Below are positions 9,248 to 18,716 of a DNA stretch of 64,000 nucleotides, in pieces. The notes beneath the pieces are model-generated. The model searched no databases. It was not told where the DNA came from and worked only from the letters and a program-made list of their open reading frames with translations. The position numbers and the translations under genes are program-made. The first letter of the stretch is position 1. The number at the start of each line of letters is the position of its first letter. Origin of the DNA: Candidatus Latescibacterota bacterium (lineage in GTDB: Bacteria; Latescibacterota; UBA2968; UBA8231); NCBI GenBank assembly GCA_965242865.1, contig CBDETK010000013.1, forward strand, positions 3,360,001 through 3,424,000, written 5' to 3'.

Positions 9248-10291
9248 ATGACTGCACCTTTTCGCATAGGCGTCACCCGCGACTTTCTCAAGGCCGACGG
9301 CACCCTCGGGTTCGGCGATATTGGTCTCGACCTGCTCGACGAAGCGCCAAGGGTCGAGTGGGAATTTCTAGCGGAAAACACCACCGAACTGCGGCCCGAC
9401 CAGATTCGCGGCTACGACGGCTTGCTGGTCCTCACCGCGACAATCAGCGCCGAGACCTTGCAGGGCACGGGCAAGCTGGCGATCGTCGCCCGCTTTGGCG
9501 TCGGCTACGACAGCGTCGACGTCGAAGCCTGCAACGAGCGGGGCGTGCTGTTGACGATTACCCCCGATGGGGTGCGCCGGCCCGTGGCGGTCATGGCCCT
9601 GACGTACCTCTTGGCCCTCAGCCACAAGATGCTGGCCAAGGATCGCCTAGTGCGCGAGGGCCGCTGGAACGAGCGGCTCAATTACATGGGCATGGGCGTC
9701 ACCGGCCGCACCCTAGGGCTGGTCGGCCTAGGCAATATCGGCCGCGAGATCTGCACTTTAGCCAAGCCCTTCGGCATTCGCTGCATGGCCGCCGACCCTT
9801 TTGTCGATGCGGCACAAGCCCGCGCCGCTGGGGCCGAACTGGTTGAACTCGACTCGTTGCTGCAACGCGCCGATTATGTCTGTATTTGCTGCGCCCTCAC
9901 TGAGGCGACCCATCACCTCATCGGCGAGCGCGAGCTCGCACTGATGAAGGAGAGTGCCTATCTCATCAACGCGGCTCGCGGCCCCATCGTCGATCAGCAG
10001 GCCCTGACCCGCGCCCTGCAGCGGGGGCAGATCGCCGGTGCTGGCCTCGACGTTTTTGAAACAGAGCCTGTATCCCAAGACGAGCCGGTGCTGGCCCTCA
10101 CCGACCAGACCATCGTCGCTCCGCACGGGCTTTGCTGGACCGATGAGTGTTTCCGCCTCATTGGCCGCAGTGCCTGCCGCAGCATCCTAACGGTCGCCTC
10201 GGGTCGCTTGCCCGAATACGCGGTCAACCCCCAAGTGGCCGAGCATCCTCGTCTCAAAGAAAAACTGAACCACTATCGAGCTATCGGATGA
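9248..10291 (+). CDS. D-isomer-specific 2-hydroxyacid dehydrogenase
   Basis: RFGVGYD, GLGNIG NAD-binding motif, LINAARG, GLDVF. Confidence 0.9.
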   Translation: MTAPFRIGVTRDFLKADGTLGFGDIGLDLLDEAPRVEWEFLAENTTELRPDQIRGYDGLLVLTATISAETLQGTGKLAIVARFGVGYDSVDVEACNERGVLLTITPDGVRRPVAVMALTYLLALSHKMLAKDRLVREGRWNERLNYMGMGVTGRTLGLVGLGNIGREICTLAKPFGIRCMAADPFVDAAQARAAGAELVELDSLLQRADYVCICCALTEATHHLIGERELALMKESAYLINAARGPIVDQQALTRALQRGQIAGAGLDVFETEPVSQDEPVLALTDQTIVAPHGLCWTDECFRLIGRSACRSILTVASGRLPEYAVNPQVAEHPRLKEKLNHYRAIG

Positions 10292-11070
10292 AACCCAACA
10301 AAGTCAAACGCGCCCTCAAAGAGGGCGGCACAGTCATCGGCACCATGACCCTTGAGTTTTGCACCCCAGGCATTGCTCGTCTCTCTGCCGAGGCGGGGGC
10401 CGAATTCATTATGTACGACATGGAGCACACTGGCTGGAGCGTCGAGACGGTGCGCGACCTGATTGCCACCACCAACGCCGGCCACATCGAGCCTTTTGTG
10501 CGGGTGCCGGCGACCCAATACCACTTCATCGCCCGCGTCCTCGACGTCGGGGCGCGGGGCATCATGGTGCCGATGGTTGGCGACGCGCAGCAGGCCGAGG
10601 TCATCGTGCAGTCAGGCAAGTACCCGCCCCTAGGCCAGCGCGGCGCGGCCTTTCAAATCGCACACGACCACTTCGCTGCAGGCTCCATCGTTGGCAAGAT
10701 CGAGCACGCCAACGCCGAGGGCCTGCTGATCGCTCAGATCGAAAACCGCCCCGGGCTCGAAAACGTAGAGCGCATTGCCGCGGTAGAAGGGATTGACGTG
10801 CTGTGGATAGGGGGGTTTGACTTGAGCAACTTCTTGGGGATTTCCGGGCAGTTTGACCACCCCGAATTCACCGCCGCCCTCGAGCGCGTCGTCGCGGCTT
10901 GCGACCGCCACGGCAAGGCCGCGGGCTACTTGGTCAATACCATTGAGGAGGGAACGGAGATGCTGGGCCGCGGCTTTCGCTGCATAGCTTATGGCGGCGA
11001 CTTGTGGCTCTATCGCCGCGCCTTGAGCGAAGGGATTGAAGGGCTGCGGACGAGGGTGTGGCGGGGGTGA
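10288..11070 (+). CDS. HpcH/HpaI aldolase family protein
   Basis: DMEH, VRVP, LDVGARGIMVPMV, KYPPLGQRG, AQIE; ATGA overlap with the dehydrogenase. Confidence 0.9.
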   Translation: MKPNKVKRALKEGGTVIGTMTLEFCTPGIARLSAEAGAEFIMYDMEHTGWSVETVRDLIATTNAGHIEPFVRVPATQYHFIARVLDVGARGIMVPMVGDAQQAEVIVQSGKYPPLGQRGAAFQIAHDHFAAGSIVGKIEHANAEGLLIAQIENRPGLENVERIAAVEGIDVLWIGGFDLSNFLGISGQFDHPEFTAALERVVAACDRHGKAAGYLVNTIEEGTEMLGRGFRCIAYGGDLWLYRRALSEGIEGLRTRVWRG

Positions 11071-11124
11071 GATGAGAAGGCGCGTAGGGCAGGGCGAGCC
11101 GCTTGCATCCCGTATTAACCCGGC

Positions 11125-12846
11125 TTACGACGAGTGCATTTCCGAAATAAGCCGCCTAGTATCCTCTAACAGGCTATTGAGTTCTTGGAAGAGGTCGCTA
11201 CGCGATTGTTGCATGTCTCTGAGTTTTTCGAGTTCCTCATCTATCTCCGCAATGCGCTGGCCGATGGTTTGATCCGCATAAGTGGCAGTCGCTTTATCGT
11301 AATGGAGTTCGACTGCGTGGGCGGCTTCATCAAACCCCGCCCGCACCGCCACCCGGCCTTCGCGCAATTCCCGTTCCAGCTTGGCGGCATCGGCGTCTTC
11401 TTTGATTTGAAGCGCAATGCTCAAAACAACCCCTGCTACGGACAAAACCCGACCAGCGTTTGCAATATTTCGCGTCCACTTCACTGCCTCCCACGGCTTA
11501 AAGGATTTCCCAAAGAAATGACCTATATTTTTGACCATACCGTGAGTTGCTGTACCCGAATACTGGTTGAGTTTGAACAGACCGGAGAAGGTCGAGGTTG
11601 TGGGAGTGAAAGACTTACTTACTAGAAATGACCCAAGTCGGTAGGTTACATCTCCACCTTGTTTCATCTTAGACAACGTCTCAGGATCCATGTCGAGATC
11701 TTGGACTCTTTTTCTTAGCCTCGACAGCAACTCTTTAGCTAATTCGCTCTCCGCGATTTGCTCTACCCTCTCCGCGAGATTGTTGATACCCTCTTCCATC
11801 GTTTTCTGAATGAGTCCAGACAACTCATCCACTTGCTTTTCAACACGCCCTTGGGCAGCCGTTAATTCCCGATTGACAGCATCGGAGTCCGCGCCTCCAC
11901 GAATTAGGTCCGCCGCCTTACGTCCTTCTTCCCTAATCTCATTTACAGTCTGTTGGACCTTACTTTCCACGGATTGAGAAACCTGTGCCTTACCATTCAC
12001 TAATGCACGTCGTTGCTGAGTAAGCAATTCTTGCAAAGCATCTACATCGATATCACCGCTCGACTCGGCTGCGAGGGCCTCTTGAAGCACCTGTTCAAGG
12101 GTGTAGAGCGATGTTGTATAACGTGCAGTTAGTCCCTTCTCTTCCACGAACGCATTGAAATTATCGAAGAAATCGTCAAAACCACTTCTTTTGTGGAAAA
12201 TTTTGCGAAACTCTTCGTCTCGCTCTGCACGGGCCTCAAGCGCGGCCTCAGCATCTACAAAAGAGAGGCGAAGCTGTTCCGGGGTAAACGGTACGAGGAC
12301 TTTTCGGAGGTCTTCCCGGAGTACGCCCTGAACTTCTGGTGTATTTCCCTTAGCGCATCGCTGCATCTTGTTTACAACCAACAGCATCTCGTGAGCTTTT
12401 TCCTGTTCAATCGCGAGCTTCCTGAAATGCTCCGCGATATGGGCGTCAAATAGTTCGTTGGTCACAACAAAGACCAAAAGGTCGGCTTTACTAATCGCCT
12501 CGTACGTTATTACGTCGTGGTCGGGCCGTATCTCTGTGTGGACGCCGGGCGTATCTATCACCGTGATTCCGTTCCAGTCGAGCTGTTGTACCTGTTGAGT
12601 CGTAATACCAGCCCCAATAGCTATGTCTTCTCGCCCCGTCATCACCTTGAGAATCGAAGACTTGCCAGCACTGTATTGACCGGCAAAGACTACATGGACA
12701 GCTTTATCAGGCGGTGCAACTTCTTTCGGAATCCGTTGAGCAAGCTCTCGCACCTTGTCAAAAGGCGCATCTTTGATAACTCTTTCTGCCTTCTTGAGTA
12801 GAGTCTGTCCCCTTTCCAAGCATGATTGAATATGTACAGTTTTCAT
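11125..12846 (-). CDS. Dynamin-like GTPase B
   Basis: G1 GQYSAGKS, G2 ITT, G3 DTPG, G4 NKM; long helical C-terminal half with a hydrophobic segment; AT-richer than the flanks. Confidence 0.8.
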   Translation of the reverse strand: MKTVHIQSCLERGQTLLKKAERVIKDAPFDKVRELAQRIPKEVAPPDKAVHVVFAGQYSAGKSSILKVMTGREDIAIGAGITTQQVQQLDWNGITVIDTPGVHTEIRPDHDVITYEAISKADLLVFVVTNELFDAHIAEHFRKLAIEQEKAHEMLLVVNKMQRCAKGNTPEVQGVLREDLRKVLVPFTPEQLRLSFVDAEAALEARAERDEEFRKIFHKRSGFDDFFDNFNAFVEEKGLTARYTTSLYTLEQVLQEALAAESSGDIDVDALQELLTQQRRALVNGKAQVSQSVESKVQQTVNEIREEGRKAADLIRGGADSDAVNRELTAAQGRVEKQVDELSGLIQKTMEEGINNLAERVEQIAESELAKELLSRLRKRVQDLDMDPETLSKMKQGGDVTYRLGSFLVSKSFTPTTSTFSGLFKLNQYSGTATHGMVKNIGHFFGKSFKPWEAVKWTRNIANAGRVLSVAGVVLSIALQIKEDADAAKLERELREGRVAVRAGFDEAAHAVELHYDKATATYADQTIGQRIAEIDEELEKLRDMQQSRSDLFQELNSLLEDTRRLISEMHSS

Positions 12847-14976
12847 TCAATGGCTCCTTTCTGAGTTCATCACATGGAGTTCGGTTAGCTGTTGCGCCAA
12901 CTTGATCCGATAGATGCCAACCGAGTCGAGTGGTCCTATAGGCACATGCGCGACTTGAATTTTTGATTCAATACTGACTTTGTCCGGATCACAGTTGCGT
13001 CCGATGGCTTGGGATAGAATTGATTTTTCGTCGCGAGTGTTGACCACAAACCAGACATTTTCTCCAAGCAGTTTCCCCAAACTCTTACGCACTTCCTCCG
13101 GGAACTTAGTTTCAATCAGCAGCATGATAGACAGTCCAGGAACTCGCGCTATATCCGATATGAGATTACCACTGTCTTTATTTTTTAGTTGCTCAAGTGC
13201 TTTGTTGATCAAGGCACGGTGCAATTCTTTCTGTTGCTTGTTGATTCTCCAAGCCAAGGCCCTCTGTCTATCTGCCAGTTCTAAGGTGCTCGATATGATC
13301 AACTGAAAGTCTTGGAGAAGGACATCAACTTGCTCTCTGAGAAGGCGTTGGTAGAACCAATCCTTTAGCTCCTTTTGGAGGCTGCGTTCTATTTTTTTCA
13401 CATCACTTTTAAGCCTGTCTTCAAGTTTTTTGCGTTGCCTCCTCGCCTTTTCTTCTCGGTCTCCGAAGAACCAAGAAAAGATACGTCCTATGACCCCAAA
13501 TGCTGCTGCTACCAAACCAAGAGGACCGCTGGAAAGAATCAAAGCAGCGAGACCAAGCCCGCTAGCAGTAATCGTGGTCATCCATTTCCAAGCACGTTTT
13601 GCGTCGAATATAGAGTCCATGCTAATTCTGCGTTCGCCAGCAAACGTACCGACAAACTTCAGTTCGGATTCAAGTTGTCGTGAAACTTCTGACAGTTCAC
13701 TTTGCATTTCGTTCTGAATCTGCTCAATAAGTTTATTTCTCTTTCGCTCAATGCCTTGACTCTCAACTAGGTGCTTCCAGCGTTCGCCAGCATCCCGTGA
13801 TTCGTAGTTGTCTTCCGCAAATCCCGGAATTTTAGCGCGTAGCGAGTTCATCTCTTTTTCGACGAATGTATCAATGCGCTCTTTGCCACTTTTGCGAAAT
13901 CGATCAGACCACGACTTAACTTGGCGATTCTTGTCTATGAGAACTCTGCCACTGGACGAGTTCTGGGCACTAAAGTCCAACAATTTTTCGCTAAACTCAA
14001 ACATTGGAACGACAGCACCATCAATGAAGCTCTTCCATCTCAAGAATGTTCCACGTTCGACTACTTCCGATACAATTTGCTTTTCGACAGCGTTGAAGCG
14101 ACTCGCGTGTTCCAACTCGCTATGCTGAGGTTCACCGGGCTGCTGAGATAGAAATTTTGATTGCAAATGGGTGTAAACGAAATATATTCGCCTACCCGGA
14201 CTGTATCTTTCCGCAAACTCGTGGAATTGTCGGACGATAGCATCGAAATCCTTTCGTTTTCGGTTGAACCAATTCCTTTTTAGAAAAAGGCTCACATCGT
14301 CTGCATCGTTGAGAGCGGTTTTAACATTGCAGATACCCACAATCGGTTTGCCGAGAGCCCGAACACGTGCGAAACACTCCGCTTCCTCGTTCTGTGGCGC
14401 ATCGTCAGTAATTAGAAAAAGCACGAGGTCCGATTGCTGGGCGGCTTCGAACGCCTTTTCTTCGTCCTCACGGCCCTCAAACGCAGCTATACCGGGCACA
14501 TCGGTAATTTTGAGCCCTTCCCAGTCATAGCTACGCACATCTCGAGTCGTGCGCTGGCCTCCCTTGCCGATGGACGAACCGTCGCCGTTAGTCAAAATCT
14601 CCATCAACGTTGATTTACCTGTCATCGTGCGGCCAAAGAGGGCAATAGAGAATTTGTCTAACCGTGTATGGTTCTCTTCTACTTGGCGCACCTGTTTTTC
14701 GTGCAACGAATAGAGTTCCGACACCACTTGTTGTAGCTGTTTTTGGGTCTTCTTTTCAATGTCAGAGGTCTGGATATTTCCATCTTTCAGGCTTGTCAGT
14801 TGTTGTTTCAAATCCTCTGAAATCTCGTCTATAGCAACCTTGATTCCGTCGAGGTTGCCCTTTGCAATCTTATATCCTTCACGGGCTGATCGAGAGCATT
14901 TATCAAGGGCCTTCTGCAACTCGGTCTTTTTTTGAAAAATTCTTGAGATTCTTGAAATTGCTCTATTCATTAACAT
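12847..14976 (-). CDS. Dynamin-like GTPase A with N-terminal coiled coil, hydrophobic hairpin and KH-like C-terminus
   Basis: G1 GRTMTGKS, G2 RTT, G3 DVPG; AAGGA RBS before the ATG at 14976; the stop abuts the start of GTPase B. Confidence 0.8.
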   Translation of the reverse strand: MLMNRAISRISRIFQKKTELQKALDKCSRSAREGYKIAKGNLDGIKVAIDEISEDLKQQLTSLKDGNIQTSDIEKKTQKQLQQVVSELYSLHEKQVRQVEENHTRLDKFSIALFGRTMTGKSTLMEILTNGDGSSIGKGGQRTTRDVRSYDWEGLKITDVPGIAAFEGREDEEKAFEAAQQSDLVLFLITDDAPQNEEAECFARVRALGKPIVGICNVKTALNDADDVSLFLKRNWFNRKRKDFDAIVRQFHEFAERYSPGRRIYFVYTHLQSKFLSQQPGEPQHSELEHASRFNAVEKQIVSEVVERGTFLRWKSFIDGAVVPMFEFSEKLLDFSAQNSSSGRVLIDKNRQVKSWSDRFRKSGKERIDTFVEKEMNSLRAKIPGFAEDNYESRDAGERWKHLVESQGIERKRNKLIEQIQNEMQSELSEVSRQLESELKFVGTFAGERRISMDSIFDAKRAWKWMTTITASGLGLAALILSSGPLGLVAAAFGVIGRIFSWFFGDREEKARRQRKKLEDRLKSDVKKIERSLQKELKDWFYQRLLREQVDVLLQDFQLIISSTLELADRQRALAWRINKQQKELHRALINKALEQLKNKDSGNLISDIARVPGLSIMLLIETKFPEEVRKSLGKLLGENVWFVVNTRDEKSILSQAIGRNCDPDKVSIESKIQVAHVPIGPLDSVGIYRIKLAQQLTELHVMNSERSH

Positions 14977-15034
14977 AATGTCCTTATTTGAACTTGAACG
15001 ATAGTTCTTAACCGGCGCGAGCGGCACTATTCAC

Positions 15035-15823
15035 CTACTCCCCCTCCAACGCCCGCCGCATCGCCTCCCCTTGCTCGCGCCAATACCCGTACAGCAACGA
15101 TATATCCGTGCCGACGCAAAAGTGCCGCACCCCCATGTCGAGATAACGCTTGGCGTCGTCGGCTGAGTTGATCTCGGCGCGCGGATGGATGCCCATTTCC
15201 AAGGCGGTCTTAAAGACCTTTGCTTCGGCGGCGGCAATTTCCGGTGCGCCGCGCTGACCGGCCTTGCCGACGCTCATGGAGTAATCGGCCCCTCCCCACT
15301 GGACCATCTCGACTCCTTCCACCGAGAGCATGGCCTCCAAGTCGGCGACAGCACTCTGCTTTTCGATCATCAACACCACGACCACGTCGCGCAACGCTTG
15401 AACGTACTCCGGGGTGCCGCCGTAGCTCATATAGGCAAAGCGCCGCATGGCGACCCCGTAGGTGCCTTCGTCGCCGGGCGCATCGGCGCGCACACAGCGC
15501 ACACAGGCCCGGGCGTCGTCTGGATCGCGCACATCGGCAAAGAGGACGCTGCCAAAGCCCGACCCAATGGCCCGTTGGGCCACGTAAGCGCGGTTTTCGG
15601 CATCGACCTTGATCATCGTTCCCAAATCCCATAGCTCGGCGGCTCGGGCGAGATTGTCCAAGTCGTGCAGGTCAAAGGGGGCGTACTCGGCGACAAACTC
15701 CACGTAGTCGTACGCGCCGGTATGCCCTAGAGCTTCGACGACCGACGGCCAAGTGGTGTGAATGTGGGTGGCGAGCGTCGGCTCACCGGCGTTGAGTTTT
15801 TCGCGCAGCTTGTTGGGTCTCAT
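15035..15823 (-). CDS. HpcH/HpaI aldolase family protein
   Basis: MRPNKLREKL start, VVLMIEK, WGGADYSMS motifs. Confidence 0.85.
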   Translation of the reverse strand: MRPNKLREKLNAGEPTLATHIHTTWPSVVEALGHTGAYDYVEFVAEYAPFDLHDLDNLARAAELWDLGTMIKVDAENRAYVAQRAIGSGFGSVLFADVRDPDDARACVRCVRADAPGDEGTYGVAMRRFAYMSYGGTPEYVQALRDVVVVLMIEKQSAVADLEAMLSVEGVEMVQWGGADYSMSVGKAGQRGAPEIAAAEAKVFKTALEMGIHPRAEINSADDAKRYLDMGVRHFCVGTDISLLYGYWREQGEAMRRALEGE

Positions 15824-15840
15824 GGTTCCTTTCCCTTCCT

Positions 15841-16812
15841 TTAAGATTGAACCTCGTCGCGGTCAGTAGCGGGCGGCGGCGCAATCGAAAGCGCCGACAC
15901 CTCATCGCGCATCTCGGCAGATATGGCAAAGTCGAGCGCGGCGAGCGATGGCTTGAGTTGGTCGAGATCGCGCCCGCCGACAATCGGCGCGGTCACGTCT
16001 GTGTGCCCCATAACCCAAGCGACCGCCAAGGTCGCCGGATGTACGCCCTTGGCGCCGGCATAGCGCACGAAACGCTCGGCGATTTCGTAGAACACCGGGT
16101 TGGCGTAGCGTTTGATGTAATTGTCCTGCTGCAAGAGACGCCCCCGTGCGGGCCGCTTGTCGATCCCGTACTTGCCGGTCAGCAAGCCGCCGCCTAACGG
16201 GCTATAGGTAATCACGCCTAAGCCTTCGGAGCGGGCCAGCGGCAGGATTTCTACCTCCACTTGCCGCTTGGCCAAGTTGTACATGGGCTGAATACACGCA
16301 AAAGACGCCAGCCCTTCGCGGGCGCAGTGGCCGAGGGCTTTGGCCATTTGCCAAGCGGCCCAGTTGCTCACGGCCGGATAGAGGATTTTGCCGCGGCGCA
16401 CCAAGTCGTCGAGCGCGGCGAGGGTCTCTTCCATCGGTGTCTCTTCGTCGAAATTGTGGACGAAGTAGAAATCGAGGCGGTCCGTCTGCAACCGCCTGAG
16501 ACTGGCCTCAACGGCCTGCACAATGTGCCGCCGCGACAAGCCCCGGTCGTTGGGGCCATCCCCCATCGGCCCGCAGACCTTTGAGGTGATGACCAACTCG
16601 TCGCGCTCGCCTTGGATCAACCGACCCAAGATCTCCTCGGACCGCCCGTTGGAATAGATGTTAGCCGTGTCGAAGAAATTGATCCCCAACTCGCGGCAGT
16701 AGCGGTACATCTGCCCAGATGTCGCCTCGTCCGCATCGCCGCCAAAGGCCATGGTGCCGTAGCACAGGGAAGACACTTTGACGCCCGTGCGACCTAGGGT
16801 GTTGTATTGCAT
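15841..16812 (-). CDS. Aldo/keto reductase
   Basis: LGRTGVKVS, GINFFDTANIY, SLRRLQTD, YSPLGGGLLTGKY. Confidence 0.93.
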   Translation of the reverse strand: MQYNTLGRTGVKVSSLCYGTMAFGGDADEATSGQMYRYCRELGINFFDTANIYSNGRSEEILGRLIQGERDELVITSKVCGPMGDGPNDRGLSRRHIVQAVEASLRRLQTDRLDFYFVHNFDEETPMEETLAALDDLVRRGKILYPAVSNWAAWQMAKALGHCAREGLASFACIQPMYNLAKRQVEVEILPLARSEGLGVITYSPLGGGLLTGKYGIDKRPARGRLLQQDNYIKRYANPVFYEIAERFVRYAGAKGVHPATLAVAWVMGHTDVTAPIVGGRDLDQLKPSLAALDFAISAEMRDEVSALSIAPPPATDRDEVQS

Positions 16813-16939
16813 TTTTCCATCTCCTCAGCGGGGCAAGCTAAGAAAGACTGCACCCGCTATCAAGCGGCGTCATTGGCCGCACCGCACGGCCGTTCTATAT
16901 TAAACGCGCACCCCGCATTACAGGAGCAATTCAACCCCC

Positions 16940-17224
16940 ATGGCCGCACCCCGCCAACGCCTGCTCTACTTGCAGGCCCGCACCCCCAGCGTCATGTCCA
17001 ACATCATCGGCCTCACGCTCATCGAGCCGGTCGCGGGCTTTGTGCCCGAAATCCGCGCTGAATCAGCACCCGACTGGCCCTACCAAACCGTACACGACGC
17101 CGTAGTAGATGGCTGGCAAATCGTCCAATTCCCCCATCTACAGGCCCCGTTCGACGACCGGGAGTTGGACGTAATAGGCTATGAGTTCATCTTACAGAAA
17201 ATGGAGGATATCGCCGATGGATAA
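16940..17224 (+). CDS. Small hypothetical protein overlapping the PhyH gene
   Basis: AGGAG upstream, host-like codon use, 8-bp overlap with the next gene. Confidence 0.7.
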   Translation: MAAPRQRLLYLQARTPSVMSNIIGLTLIEPVAGFVPEIRAESAPDWPYQTVHDAVVDGWQIVQFPHLQAPFDDRELDVIGYEFILQKMEDIADG

Positions 17225-17996
17225 GCATTTGCTCAGCGACGCCGAAGTGGCCCGTTTCCTCGTCTCCGGCTACCACCTCGTCGAGCCGGAGTTGCCCGCC
17301 GGACTCAACGAGTCCATCGCCGCCCAGCTCGACTCTTTAGACTACAACCCCGGCGACGCCATCACCGACGCCGTGCCCCTGCTCTGGCAGGTGCTCGACC
17401 ATCCGGCCGTCACCGGCGCCCTCGTCAGCCTGCTCGGGCCGGACTACGAGGTGCAGTCGCATCGCCACTGGCATTGCAAGCAGCCAAACTCCCCGCAGAT
17501 GAGCTGGCACCAAGACGGCCTCAACAACCGCGACGTCCTGCTCAACCGCTTCTTGGGGCTGTACTACCCGACCGACGTCACGCCCGACATGGGGCCGACG
17601 ATCATCGTCCCCGGCACCCAGTTCCGCAACGCGCCGACGGACCGCATGGCCACGTACACCAACATCCGTGGCCAAGTGCCGCTGGTAGTCAAGGCCGGTA
17701 CTGTGGCCTTCACGCACTACGACCTGTGGCACGGCACGGCCGCCAACCGCTCGTCGCACAAGCGCCACATGATCAAGTTCCTCTTCCGCCGCACCCGGGA
17801 CAACACCGCCCCCACTTGGAACCACGACCCGGCCGCGGCCAACAAGCCCACCGACTGGAACGAGCGCGACCGGGCCGAGGACGTCACCAACATCCTCAAC
17901 TTCACCAATCCGCTCGGCGTCTCCCAGAGCGACCACTACAAGGAGCGAGCCATCCGCCGCCAAAACTGGAACTACCTCATGGGCCGGTCGGCCTAA
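17217..17996 (+). CDS. PhyH-family Fe/2OG dioxygenase
   Basis: WHQD, DMGPT, YDLWH; GGAGG RBS before the ATG at 17217. Confidence 0.85.
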   Translation: MDKHLLSDAEVARFLVSGYHLVEPELPAGLNESIAAQLDSLDYNPGDAITDAVPLLWQVLDHPAVTGALVSLLGPDYEVQSHRHWHCKQPNSPQMSWHQDGLNNRDVLLNRFLGLYYPTDVTPDMGPTIIVPGTQFRNAPTDRMATYTNIRGQVPLVVKAGTVAFTHYDLWHGTAANRSSHKRHMIKFLFRRTRDNTAPTWNHDPAAANKPTDWNERDRAEDVTNILNFTNPLGVSQSDHYKERAIRRQNWNYLMGRSA

Positions 17997-18024
17997 TCCC
18001 AACCTCTAGCCAAGAAAGCACACC

Positions 18025-18702
18025 ATGACCATCCAAATCGCTCGCGTTGAAGAGCGTTTCAAATGCCCCGGCCCTCAGCCCAATGGGCTGCAAGCCGCGC
18101 CCGACGGCCTCTGGTGCATCGACCAAGTTGACCTCAAGGTCTATAAATTCGACTACGAAAGCGGCGAGACCCTTTTTGCGGCCCAGACCGACACCGAGCA
18201 CTCCAGCGGCATCACGCTCGGCGGCGGCTCTCTGTGGATCGCCTCGACCTTTGAACTCAAGATCGCCCGCCTCGACCCGGCGACCGGCCAAACCATCGCC
18301 AAGCTAGATTCGCCCGGCAATGGCGTCGTCGCTTGGGTGGCCGACCAGCAGCATGGCCGCGTCACCGGGGCGCACGGCTTAGAGTGGCAAGACGGCCAGG
18401 TGTACGTGGCCTCGCCGCCCTCGCAATTCGTCCACGTGATGGATGCCAACACCTGGGAAGAAGTCCACTCCTTCCGCGTCCCCGGCCTCCGGGTCCACGG
18501 CCTAGCGTGGGCGGGCGACGGCACCCTGTGGGCCGCGGACACCTCGGCCGGCACCATCAATCGCCTCGACCCCCGCGACGGGCGCATCTGGGAGGTCGTC
18601 CGCGTTGAGGCCCCCACCGAGGTCCACGGGCTGACCATCCACGAGGGCGTGCTCTGGTACTGCGACGCGGCCACGCGCGCCATCGGCCAACTCCACCTCT
18701 AA
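18025..18702 (+). CDS. Beta-propeller protein (glutaminyl cyclase/Vgb/NHL-like)
   Basis: Repeated HGL.W/GIT blades followed by LW..D strands. Confidence 0.7.
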   Translation: MTIQIARVEERFKCPGPQPNGLQAAPDGLWCIDQVDLKVYKFDYESGETLFAAQTDTEHSSGITLGGGSLWIASTFELKIARLDPATGQTIAKLDSPGNGVVAWVADQQHGRVTGAHGLEWQDGQVYVASPPSQFVHVMDANTWEEVHSFRVPGLRVHGLAWAGDGTLWAADTSAGTINRLDPRDGRIWEVVRVEAPTEVHGLTIHEGVLWYCDAATRAIGQLHL

Positions 18703-18716
18703 AGAAAGGGACTCCA

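Noticed and set aside
11110-15020. ttaacc(c)ggc at both ends of the GTPase insert as an attachment site
   Set aside because: Only 9-10 bp with an indel, and a similar word occurs elsewhere (about 61435); too weak without an empty-site comparison.
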